Source: a virus. From it: DNA of 64,000 bases. Position 1 is the first letter of the stretch. Every line of letters begins with the position of its first letter. Positions 39,881-48,850 of this stretch are shown piece by piece. Both the position numbers and the translations under genes were made by a program. The notes below the pieces were generated by a model. It saw only the letters and a program-made list of their open reading frames with translations, searched no databases and was not told the origin of the DNA. The stretch lies in IMG/VR virus record IMGVR_UViG_3300026484_000436, positions 32,001-96,000 of that record; one strand, 5' to 3'.

Positions 39881-40339
39881 TTATTTATTATCAATATAGG
39901 AATCAAAATATCTATAAAGTATGTTTTCTTCAAGTTGAATTCTTTTTATAATTATACTCATAATATAAACAAATTCATTTTTAAAATTTTTTATATTATT
40001 TTTATTTATATTTTGATATTTTTTTAAAAACCTTTCAAATTTTGAAGTTATTTTTTCCATCTCTTTTTTAATTTCATTTATATAATTTTGAATTGTTATA
40101 TCAGGGTTTCTTTTTTCAAAATTGTCCTCAATAATTTTATAAAGTAACTCGTCTTCTTTTTGAAGATGGGCAGTTAATCCTTGTATAAATTCATTAAAAT
40201 TTTTTGTTAAAAAATTTACATTTTCATAATCTGCTGCTTCAATAATTTTAAGATATATTTCATATAATTTCGCATGCTCGTTATGAAATTCTTCTGTAAG
40301 TTTTTTCTTAGCAAAAAACTTTTTGATATTTTTAATCAT
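39881..40339 (-). CDS. Hemerythrin-like (HHE cation-binding) protein
   Basis: EH...HLQKEDELLY...RIQLEENILY motifs. Confidence 0.8.
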   Translation of the reverse strand: MIKNIKKFFAKKKLTEEFHNEHAKLYEIYLKIIEAADYENVNFLTKNFNEFIQGLTAHLQKEDELLYKIIEDNFEKRNPDITIQNYINEIKKEMEKITSKFERFLKKYQNINKNNIKNFKNEFVYIMSIIIKRIQLEENILYRYFDSYIDNK

Positions 40340-40366
40340 TATTTATCCTTCAATTTTGAAAAGAAA

Positions 40367-40624
40367 TCAATTGATTTCTTTTCTAATTGTTTTGACATTC
40401 ATTTTTTTGTTTTTTAATCTTGTTTTAAGTGCTTTTTTCAAAATTAAGGCACTTTTACTTTTTCTTTTTAATGCTGCTTTTTTTGAACCCTTTTGTCTAT
40501 TTTTTATTTCTTCTCTTGACATTTTTTCACAAGATTTTTTTCCCGTTTTAGGGTCTGTAACAATTTTATGGTCTTTCTTTTTGCAAGTGAATTTTTGTAT
40601 CATTAACTCTGCTAATACATTCAT
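40367..40624 (-). CDS. Basic protein resembling T4 gp68 prohead core
   Basis: C.KMSREE.KNR.KG.KKAALKRK...LKKALKTR pattern. Confidence 0.55.
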   Translation of the reverse strand: MNVLAELMIQKFTCKKKDHKIVTDPKTGKKSCEKMSREEIKNRQKGSKKAALKRKSKSALILKKALKTRLKNKKMNVKTIRKEIN

Positions 40625-40638
40625 CTCTTTCCTTTATA

Positions 40639-40667
40639 ATTATATCACAAAATAATAAAAAAGTCAA
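40639..40667 (-). promoter_or_regulatory. Sigma70-type promoter with extended -10
   Basis: TTGACT-N17-TATAAT with TG. Confidence 0.8.
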
Positions 40668-42173
40668 TTATTTTTGATAAATTTCTTTAATTTCATCATA
40701 AAAATCCCAACTACAAGGTGGGGTATTTTTTTTGAAATAGTTATAGTCTTCTATATTATTTAAAATATTCGTGGCAGACACATCATCATCTCTTTTTAAC
40801 TCAATAACATTGATATTATCATCTAAAAATTTTAGTTGAGATTTATAACTTTCTATTCTATCTGTTCCTGCATATATTGATTTTAATCCAATCCCAAAAA
40901 TAGATTTTTGTAAAATTTTAGGAATTAAACCATTTTGAGTTGAAACGAACTCAATTTTTTCAATATCATCTTTAAAACAATTCGAAATAAGTTTTTTTCT
41001 AAATTCAAATGTTTTATCTTTACCCCTTGCAACAGTCAATGCTAATATCAAATATTCATTTTCTAAAAGTGCTTTTTTAATTAATTGAAAATGCTTTTTG
41101 CTAAGAACTCTAAATTTACCAACTATCAACCCTGTTTTAGGTGCCATCATTTTTAAAACATTTAATTTTGAAGTTAAAAATAAGTCATCTTTAATGGTTG
41201 CCCAATTTTTCTTTGGATGAAGTATTGAATCCTTACTCAAATTTTTTATTGCTTTACTTATTTCCGAAAAAACATCTTCAATAGATTTATTTTTTGTATC
41301 GATTGTAGATAATATATTTTTGGCAGTGTCTTTTACATTTACCCAATAAATTGTTTCTTCTTCCATTGTTCCTCTTGTCGCATTTTTCATTGCCAATCTT
41401 TCTTCTTTTGATAATTGGTATTCTTGCTGAAATTTATAAGGTTTATCATTATACCAAACTACGAACCCTTCAGGTTTTCCACCAAATTTACTTTCTGCTT
41501 CTAAAAAAGTGTCAAGTAATAATTTAAAATATTCTTGTTTATTTTCAATTTTATCTAATCCATTCGGCAATAATTCACGAATTTTAAGCGATTTGACATT
41601 TTGTATTAAATTTGAATAAGGATATAAAACACCACCAAAAACAACAGGTGGAATATGAATTCCTAAAATGTTAGCATATTCTTCTCTTTTATTATCAAAT
41701 CCAAAATCTGAGTTATCACAAATCATTATACCATTTTTAACTTGACAATTAGACTTTCCATAACTCAATAAAATTAAATTATAAAGGTCAGTATAGTTGC
41801 TCATTAAAGTAGGTTTTTTAATTAAGTATTCACAAAAAAATTGATATCCTTTAGGTAGTTTTTCAACATCGACCCTTTCTAAAATATCAAAAATAAATTT
41901 ATATTGACTTGCTCCTAATGATTGTTTTGCTTCTTCATCATCATTATACCCAGATTCATTTTTTGATAAAACATTACCCTTATAAGCAACTATCCAATTT
42001 TCACTCAAAAGTTTTTTATTATCTGCATCTTTTTTAAGGAAAAGTTGAATTTTAACACCATCTGTCTTTTCTTCAATTTTTACATTCGATGACAAGAAAG
42101 TGTCAATATCACTTTCTTTTTTTAATGCTTTTTTTAATTGTTTTATACTTATGTCCATTACTTTTGCCATCAA
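40668..42173 (-). CDS. Fusion of an ATP-dependent polynucleotide-ligase-like domain and a C-terminal cytidylyltransferase-like (HIGH-family) domain
   Basis: EKTDG (motif I), FCEYL, EGFVV, YKFQ; then IVGKFRVLSKKH, AGTDR, VSAT. Confidence 0.7.
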   Translation of the reverse strand: MMAKVMDISIKQLKKALKKESDIDTFLSSNVKIEEKTDGVKIQLFLKKDADNKKLLSENWIVAYKGNVLSKNESGYNDDEEAKQSLGASQYKFIFDILERVDVEKLPKGYQFFCEYLIKKPTLMSNYTDLYNLILLSYGKSNCQVKNGIMICDNSDFGFDNKREEYANILGIHIPPVVFGGVLYPYSNLIQNVKSLKIRELLPNGLDKIENKQEYFKLLLDTFLEAESKFGGKPEGFVVWYNDKPYKFQQEYQLSKEERLAMKNATRGTMEEETIYWVNVKDTAKNILSTIDTKNKSIEDVFSEISKAIKNLSKDSILHPKKNWATIKDDLFLTSKLNVLKMMAPKTGLIVGKFRVLSKKHFQLIKKALLENEYLILALTVARGKDKTFEFRKKLISNCFKDDIEKIEFVSTQNGLIPKILQKSIFGIGLKSIYAGTDRIESYKSQLKFLDDNINVIELKRDDDVSATNILNNIEDYNYFKKNTPPCSWDFYDEIKEIYQK

Positions 42174-44198
42174 TCAATCCTTACTCATTATATTTTCGAC
42201 TTGTTTATATGTTTTCTCAGAGTTATACTCAACCCTAAATGTGTTTCCATTTTTATTCCATTGAATATGGTAAAAAGTCGGCACATCTTGAATATCTTTA
42301 ATAAAATAAGTGTTTATAACAAGGTATTTATTTGTGTGTTTGAAAGATTTATCTATTGACGAAGTCATTTTTATTTCGAAATATAAAAGTTTATAATTTT
42401 CAACTATTTCTTTAATTTTTTTACCCACTTCATCTTCCCCACTAAACATATATTGACCTATATCTAATAATTCAACTTTTTTATCAACTAAATAATCTAT
42501 AAATAAATTATTTTCAGTATTACCCATTTTTGAATTTTTTTCATATTTTTTTAATGAATTTGCTATTTCGATTTCACTTTTTTCATTAAATTTTGTTAAA
42601 AACTTATACAGATAATCCAAAACGAATACATTCACTACAATTTGAGCAAATTCTGCTTCCGAAAATGGTGTATTATATGGCGATTCAATTTTTTTATAGT
42701 CTTCTAAATTATTTAGAATATTTTTAAATGTTTTTAAATCATATACCATTTTATCATTATAACCCAGATATTTTGAAAAAGAAGCATAGTTGTTTAAAAA
42801 ATTATCAATAATAGTATTACCTAATTTAATAATTTTTTTCGTTTCTTTGTTATCTACAATTTGTTTAATGCTGAATTTTGCTTCATTTATTCCAACTTTT
42901 TTAAAATAATTGGATACATTTTTTGAAATTTCTTTTTCCGCACTTTTAATGTTTAATAACGATTTTATAAAGTTTGATATATTACTAAAAAATGATTTTA
43001 TATTAGAAATTACTTTTTTAGAAAATTCTATTGATTTTTTGAAAAAACCTTTTGCTGTATCCAGTATTCCTTCATCCAACTTGTTTGAATGATTTTCAAC
43101 ATTTAAACTATCAAGAATTCCATTACCTATATCATTTCTCACATCAGTCGTAATTTTTCCTATTCTTGCTTCTTTTTTTCCTTTTTTCAAAGAAACCTGC
43201 ATAAAAAAGTACTCGTTACCTTTTTCGTCTATTGTTTTATATGTGCCGTAAGTACCTTCAACTAATTCAGGAGCACCTGATTTAAAAAATCCATTTTCTA
43301 AATTTATGCCATTTTTTGAAAAAATTAATGCGACATCTGCTGTATTATTTTTTGCTGATGAACTTTTGTCAAGGAATGATGTTTGCCATTTATAAAAATC
43401 ACCTATTTCAGAATGTAGTATTTTTATATTATAACCTTTGAGTTTTGACATATCTTCAACCAGAATATTTGAATCATATCTCGAATTGTCGTTTATATAC
43501 ATTAACAATTCTTTAACATAATATAAAACTTCTGACCTTTTTTCGTCTGTATCAAATTTATTGAATAAAGTTATCAATTTATAAGAATTTAATTTATCAT
43601 CATTTTGTTTAATTTTTTCAAGTAAAGTATCCCACAATCCTTGAGAATTTTCAATCATAGATGTTTTTTCCAATTCAGGAAAAAATGGTAATTGATTTGT
43701 ATAGTTTAATAAGTATCCTAAAGAAGCAAAGTATTCCAAAATATCAGTAACATCTTCAGATTTTAACTTGAACTCTTTTCCTGCACCTTTTTTATCCCAG
43801 GTATTTTTGCTTATATTATTGAAAGCAATGACATCGCCATTATCTATTTCGATAAATTTTGAAAACCTTGAACCTGTTTTCACACTATCTAATTCTTTAC
43901 AAAATTCTTTGATATTTACAGGGTCTTCAGATAATTGCTCGTAATAATTTGATGAAATTTTGGCAAATTTAATCATAGTATCTATACCACATTCAAAGAA
44001 AATTGCTTTAAGATACTTAAAAAATTTGTTTTCAACTATTTTACCTGACTTGATATTTTTACCGACATTATATAAAATCTCTTTATTGTTTGTTACATCT
44101 TCAAATAATTTGGCAATTAAAGATACCTTTCTTGAAGAAGTATGAATAGGGGATTCATAAATTGATTGTTTAATTTCTTCAAAACATTCTTTTAACAT
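42174..44198 (-). CDS. Putative head-internal protein with a PD-(D/E)XK-like motif
   Basis: MLKE leader; NTADV...QVSLK; LDEG/INEA sites resembling prohead-protease cleavage sites. Confidence 0.45.
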   Translation of the reverse strand: MLKECFEEIKQSIYESPIHTSSRKVSLIAKLFEDVTNNKEILYNVGKNIKSGKIVENKFFKYLKAIFFECGIDTMIKFAKISSNYYEQLSEDPVNIKEFCKELDSVKTGSRFSKFIEIDNGDVIAFNNISKNTWDKKGAGKEFKLKSEDVTDILEYFASLGYLLNYTNQLPFFPELEKTSMIENSQGLWDTLLEKIKQNDDKLNSYKLITLFNKFDTDEKRSEVLYYVKELLMYINDNSRYDSNILVEDMSKLKGYNIKILHSEIGDFYKWQTSFLDKSSSAKNNTADVALIFSKNGINLENGFFKSGAPELVEGTYGTYKTIDEKGNEYFFMQVSLKKGKKEARIGKITTDVRNDIGNGILDSLNVENHSNKLDEGILDTAKGFFKKSIEFSKKVISNIKSFFSNISNFIKSLLNIKSAEKEISKNVSNYFKKVGINEAKFSIKQIVDNKETKKIIKLGNTIIDNFLNNYASFSKYLGYNDKMVYDLKTFKNILNNLEDYKKIESPYNTPFSEAEFAQIVVNVFVLDYLYKFLTKFNEKSEIEIANSLKKYEKNSKMGNTENNLFIDYLVDKKVELLDIGQYMFSGEDEVGKKIKEIVENYKLLYFEIKMTSSIDKSFKHTNKYLVINTYFIKDIQDVPTFYHIQWNKNGNTFRVEYNSEKTYKQVENIMSKD

Positions 44199-45415
44199 AG
44201 TATTTTGCCTTTAACTTCTAATAAACTTTCTTTAAATAATTCACCCATCTCTCTTGCCCCATAATTCGCATAATAAGTTTTAACCATTTCTTCATCAAGG
44301 TATTTTTCAAGGTATGGAAATGCTTTAATAAAATAACTAATTGCGCCATTTTTAATTTCATAATCAAGTTTGGCATTTCCTCTTTCCAATTCTTGACCTA
44401 TATTTTTACCACTTTTATTCTCATATAAAAGTTGAGTAAATCTTTCAAATGTTTTAATGATTTGATCTTTTGTAGCATATTTTTTTAACAACTCTATTAC
44501 ACCAACGAAACTCCAAAAATCACTAACTTCATTTTGAGTAGGTTCAATTTTGAAAATAACTTTTAAAATATCATTTATTTCTGTTTTATAGATACTTTCC
44601 GAAGTTTTAAGTTCTCTTAAAACAATTTTTCCATCAATTTTTGCTACTTCGTCATTACATTTAAGTTCTTCAAAAGCAACTCTAATACCTTTCGAAACAC
44701 TAAATTTTAAGAAATGTAAATCTTTAGGTTTTCTTTTTAGTTTTTTCTCATAGTTGCCACAATTTGCTGAATTCGTTACCACTACATACTTATCCAAATC
44801 AATTTCAGACATAGAATGTGAAATACTTCTTAAAAGATATTTATGAAAAACTGCTTTCACTCCGTTTTGTAAATCTTTAAAAGTTGAACTATGTCCAAAT
44901 CTTGCGAACTCATCTGGACTATCATTTTCATATTTTGCGAATTCAAAATCTATTTGGGCATAAACTCTACCTGCTTTTGAATTATATTCAAAAAGTCCAT
45001 TTATTTGGTCTATTATACTTCTAACAGAAGGTTTGTTACATCCTAAATAAACGAATTTTCCATATTTTTTACCTTCAATTCCTTGTAAAAAATACCATAC
45101 TTCTTCTTTTAAATCTTCGGGAAGTACAATATCTATATCTCCACTTGAAGGTTTTAATTTTAACAATTCTTCTTCTTTACTAAGCATATTTGCATCCATT
45201 AAGTATGAAGTTGAACCATTGAAAATAATCGCATCATCTATTAAACTATCTTTTTTCCATATTTTTCTTCCTGTATCTTTTTCAAAATCTTTGTTAAGTT
45301 GATGTAACAATCCACGAATATCTTCTTGAAATTGTTTTAAACCAATATCTTTAACAGGAATTTTGTCTGCTTTATAATTTTTTCCAAACTTATTTATTGA
45401 AACATTGCCACCCAT
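44192..45415 (-). CDS. Pol-beta-superfamily nucleotidyltransferase
   Basis: MGGN start; NGST...SGDIDI...QIDF motifs. Confidence 0.7.
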   Translation of the reverse strand: MGGNVSINKFGKNYKADKIPVKDIGLKQFQEDIRGLLHQLNKDFEKDTGRKIWKKDSLIDDAIIFNGSTSYLMDANMLSKEEELLKLKPSSGDIDIVLPEDLKEEVWYFLQGIEGKKYGKFVYLGCNKPSVRSIIDQINGLFEYNSKAGRVYAQIDFEFAKYENDSPDEFARFGHSSTFKDLQNGVKAVFHKYLLRSISHSMSEIDLDKYVVVTNSANCGNYEKKLKRKPKDLHFLKFSVSKGIRVAFEELKCNDEVAKIDGKIVLRELKTSESIYKTEINDILKVIFKIEPTQNEVSDFWSFVGVIELLKKYATKDQIIKTFERFTQLLYENKSGKNIGQELERGNAKLDYEIKNGAISYFIKAFPYLEKYLDEEMVKTYYANYGAREMGELFKESLLEVKGKILC

Positions 45416-45434
45416 AGTAAGGTCCTTTTGTTAT

Positions 45435-45496
45435 TATTTAATAATGAATCATGTGATTTACATTATAATTATACCATTTAAAAATAAAAAAGTCAA
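45435..45496 (-). promoter_or_regulatory. Tandem sigma70 promoter (45468-45496) and late TTAAATA motif (45435-45441)
   Basis: TTGACT-N17-TATAAT with TG; TTAAATA upstream of the RBS; TCATGTGA between them. Confidence 0.7.
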
Positions 45497-45520
45497 GTGA
45501 TTTTTCAAAAAATCACTTGA
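45494..45520. terminator. Hairpin after the pilin gene, overlapping the -35 of the next promoter
   Basis: CAAGTGATTTT...AAAATCACTTG inverted repeat. Confidence 0.55.
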
Positions 45521-45527
45521 AATTTTA

Positions 45528-45944
45528 TCAATCCGTATTGCAAGTTTTATTTATTTCTTTTATCCTAAATACATAACTCAAAGATTGGTCGTTTTGATTA
45601 ATTTGGACAACTTTTGTATCTCTTATAACTTTTAAACAAAGATTATCATTATAAGAAACATTAAAATCTTCGTAGTTGTATTCCACTTTGAATGGAGTTT
45701 CGTTTATATCTTTAATATAATTTTTTATGTTTTCACTTCTATCTATTATTTTTGATAGATTGTCTTCTTTTGTTAAAGTGTATTGCTCATTAGCAAATGT
45801 GGAAATTTGATGTCCCACTTCTGGAAAATTGGCAGTTTCGGCATTCTTTTTAGTTGTTAAAAACTTCGGTACAGCAACTGCTGCCAAAAGTCCAATTATT
45901 ACAATGACAAAAATCAATTCTATTAGTGTAAAACCTTTTTTCAT
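45528..45944 (-). CDS. Type IV pilin / pseudopilin (prepilin N-terminal cleavage-methylation domain)
   Basis: MKKG/FTLIELIFVIVIIGLLAAVAVPK class III signal with E5; two C-terminal Cys. Confidence 0.9.
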   Translation of the reverse strand: MKKGFTLIELIFVIVIIGLLAAVAVPKFLTTKKNAETANFPEVGHQISTFANEQYTLTKEDNLSKIIDRSENIKNYIKDINETPFKVEYNYEDFNVSYNDNLCLKVIRDTKVVQINQNDQSLSYVFRIKEINKTCNTD

Positions 45945-45957
45945 TTTAATTCCCCTT

Positions 45958-46326
45958 TTATTCAATTACCAAAAAGTCTGCTATAATTGTGTCAGTTGAA
46001 CTTGGTGCTTCTGTAAATGATATTTTTTTATCAGAAAATGTATAATCATCGTCTTTTAATTGTCTAACACCATTCTTAAACACCATTGGGTTACCTATAG
46101 GTGTATTTTCTAAATCGAAGTCTTTCGCAAAACCATTTCCTGAAAATTTTTCTGAAGACATTGAATAATTAACAGCATCTCCCCCAACATCGTTAAGAGT
46201 CGCAAGTTTAACTCCATCTAAAACAAGCGGTGCCGAAATAGGTATATTTCCATCTGAATCTTTTTGAAATAATTCAAAATCCGCTGAACCTGGTAAAATT
46301 TGATTAGCATTCAATAAAGTTGCCAT
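45958..46326 (-). CDS. Virion structural protein with a small beta domain
   Basis: FSGNG...F.L...P...VFKNGVRQ....DY....I.F.EAP motif. Confidence 0.55.
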   Translation of the reverse strand: MATLLNANQILPGSADFELFQKDSDGNIPISAPLVLDGVKLATLNDVGGDAVNYSMSSEKFSGNGFAKDFDLENTPIGNPMVFKNGVRQLKDDDYTFSDKKISFTEAPSSTDTIIADFLVIE

Positions 46327-46356
46327 TATAATCCTTTAAAATAGTATTTTAAGGGG

Positions 46357-47421
46357 TTACCCCTTATAACTATATTTAACAATGACTTTATCTAACGGAT
46401 TTATGTTTGTGAAAATTATAGTTTTATTGTCATCTTGAAGTTTAAAATCTTCTTCATTGTCTTGAAGAATACCATTTTTATAGACAAATAAATGTTTAGA
46501 ATCATCGATTGGGTTTTTTAATTCGATTTTGTTATCTATAACATCTTTAAATTTTTCCTGAATTTCAATACTTAACGATTTTTTTATATTCTCAATTTCA
46601 TTTTTGTTTATTGTAATGTCATCTGAATTTTGTTTAATTAAAGAAGTATTATTTTCAATTTTTGTTAAATTATCAGAAACCCCTTCATTAGCAACCGAAA
46701 TTGAATCTTGATTGACTTGTATTGCCTTTGAATTATTTGAAGTTTTTTCTTCAAATTTGTTATTTATATCATCAATTTTTTCATCTATGATTTTTATATC
46801 TGTTTCAAGTGGTACTAAATCCGAACTTAAAATAATTTTATCGAGGTCATTTGACCCTGCTTTAAATGTTTTTTCGTTTTCAATCCACACTAATTTTGCT
46901 GCTTCTTCATTGCCTCTATAAATTTCAAAACCACTCGTTTCAGCAATAATTTTTTCGTCATTTTCATTTAATGTTATTATATTATCTTTAATGAATGAAT
47001 TTTTAGCATCTACTTTGACTTTTTCACCTTCAAAATAAACATTATCCTTAAAATAAACTTTATTTGCAAATGTTTTCATACCCTTGATATTTTCGTCTTT
47101 ATTTGAATGCACATAATCATCTTCTTCAAAATCAACTATATCTTTTTTATGGTGTGAATGTTCTATTTTGGCAAATTTTTCTTTTGCTTCATCTTTTTCC
47201 ACATAATCTTTTGCCAATGAAACCACATTATTTTTAACATCAAACTCGTTAGTCTGAAAATCATAAAAGGCAACTTTTTTGAAAATAAATCCATCTTCGT
47301 TTTTGTTTAATACTAATGCCTTACCAGCATTTCCTAAATAAGCAGGAACATCAAGATATTTATCAAGATGTTTAAAAGTTAAATTCCTATAATATGTATT
47401 TATAAAATTTGATAAATCCAT
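46357..47421 (-). CDS. Fibre-like virion protein
   Basis: HSH knot, IKGMKTF, IKDNIITLN...SGFEIYRG, VYKNGILQ motifs. Confidence 0.6.
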   Translation of the reverse strand: MDLSNFINTYYRNLTFKHLDKYLDVPAYLGNAGKALVLNKNEDGFIFKKVAFYDFQTNEFDVKNNVVSLAKDYVEKDEAKEKFAKIEHSHHKKDIVDFEEDDYVHSNKDENIKGMKTFANKVYFKDNVYFEGEKVKVDAKNSFIKDNIITLNENDEKIIAETSGFEIYRGNEEAAKLVWIENEKTFKAGSNDLDKIILSSDLVPLETDIKIIDEKIDDINNKFEEKTSNNSKAIQVNQDSISVANEGVSDNLTKIENNTSLIKQNSDDITINKNEIENIKKSLSIEIQEKFKDVIDNKIELKNPIDDSKHLFVYKNGILQDNEEDFKLQDDNKTIIFTNINPLDKVIVKYSYKG

Positions 47422-47430
47422 AATTTACTC

Positions 47431-47820
47431 CTAAAATTGAGTAAAATTAGGTATCATATAAATTTCTGCTTCTAAAACATTATCATTAACATCTGAATCT
47501 CTAATATCTTCAACTTTTATTTTTAACTTTTCTTCATTTTTTGTAGTAGGTACTGGAATTCTATAATTCCCATCTTCACTTAATCTTCTTTTATAAGTTA
47601 CTATTGCTGCCCCGTCGTCATATTGCACTGGAAACCAATCATTAGCAGTTTTCTCATAGACATCAAACTTAATGTCCAAGGCATCTGAATTGTTTCTATC
47701 AAGTTTAATATAAATTAAACAATCTTTGCCAAGAGATGGTACAAAACCTTCACCTTTTGGATTTGATAAGTTGTCAATTTGAGCAACTAATTTTTTGTAC
47801 TGGTCATAAATTTTAATCAT
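47431..47820 (-). CDS. Hypothetical late protein
   Basis: AAGGA RBS and TTAAATA at 47846-47852. Confidence 0.5.
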   Translation of the reverse strand: MIKIYDQYKKLVAQIDNLSNPKGEGFVPSLGKDCLIYIKLDRNNSDALDIKFDVYEKTANDWFPVQYDDGAAIVTYKRRLSEDGNYRIPVPTTKNEEKLKIKVEDIRDSDVNDNVLEAEIYMIPNFTQF

Positions 47821-47854
47821 ACTTGTCCTTTTAAGTGTTTTAAATTATTTAATT

Positions 47855-48778
47855 TCATTCAATTTTGCTAAGTTTTTTCATTTCATTTGCCAATCTTTGA
47901 AATTCCCATAAAGCACTTTTGTCTGTTCTTAATTTTATTAAATTTTCAAAATTTCTTTTAGGTAATGTTACTATCATTTCTGTTTTATATGCTTCTGGAA
48001 TGGCATATTTTGTTTTGTCATTTTCGAAACCACTTTTTATAAGATTTCTTAAATTTTCAAGTGCTTCAATGATAGAATGATTTATTTCAACTATTTCCGT
48101 TAAAATTACATATTTTTCTGCTCTTTGAATATCATATATTTTCTCATTATCCTTATAAGTTATAAAAGGATCTTCATTTTTTAATTCCTTTAAAGTATAT
48201 CTCGTACTTTTAACAGTTATTCCTAAAAAATCATCGTGTCTCACAAATTCTTGAAGTAATGCCCTTGATATATTTTTGATTCTAAAGGTATAAAAAATTT
48301 CATTTTTATATAATAAATCACAATAATTTCCAAAAATAGATTTAAACTCATAATCTTTTGTTATAACATCTTTTGTTATGTATGTTTCTTTTTCATCTTC
48401 ATTAAAAATTGCCTTATGACTTGATGGAATAATATCTAAGATTTTAGTTATAAGTTCTTTATAATCTGCATCATTAAAATGTTCTAAAATCCATCTACCA
48501 TTGACACTTGCGATATGATTATCAATCAATACATACCCATCATTCAATCTTTGAAATTCTAAAATTTCCGAAAGGTTTTCGCACTCAAAAGAATACCACA
48601 AATGTTCTGCCACAGACAAATGTTTTAATTTTCTAAAAAGTCTTAAAGCAAATGAAGTATCTTCTTCAGAAATTGAATCAGTTGGTACTTCATAATTACC
48701 ACCTTTGTGGAAACTTTGCCAAGCAGTCCTACCAGCAATAATTGCATTAGATAAAGGTGTATTATCATTTAAAGTCAT
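47855..48778 (-). CDS. thyX: Flavin-dependent thymidylate synthase ThyX
   Basis: H.SV.EH, ISRALLQEFVRH...VKSTRY, KYAIPE, LR....ALWE motifs. Confidence 0.88.
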   Translation of the reverse strand: MTLNDNTPLSNAIIAGRTAWQSFHKGGNYEVPTDSISEEDTSFALRLFRKLKHLSVAEHLWYSFECENLSEILEFQRLNDGYVLIDNHIASVNGRWILEHFNDADYKELITKILDIIPSSHKAIFNEDEKETYITKDVITKDYEFKSIFGNYCDLLYKNEIFYTFRIKNISRALLQEFVRHDDFLGITVKSTRYTLKELKNEDPFITYKDNEKIYDIQRAEKYVILTEIVEINHSIIEALENLRNLIKSGFENDKTKYAIPEAYKTEMIVTLPKRNFENLIKLRTDKSALWEFQRLANEMKKLSKIE

Positions 48779-48807
48779 TTTATCTCCTTATTTTAAATTC
48801 ATGTGAA

Positions 48808-48836
48808 ATTATAACAAAAAGAAAGTTAAAAATTAA
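48808..48836 (-). promoter_or_regulatory. Extended -10 promoter for thyX
   Basis: TTAATT-N17-TATAAT with TG. Confidence 0.55.
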
Positions 48837-48850
48837 CTTTCCCAATGTTT

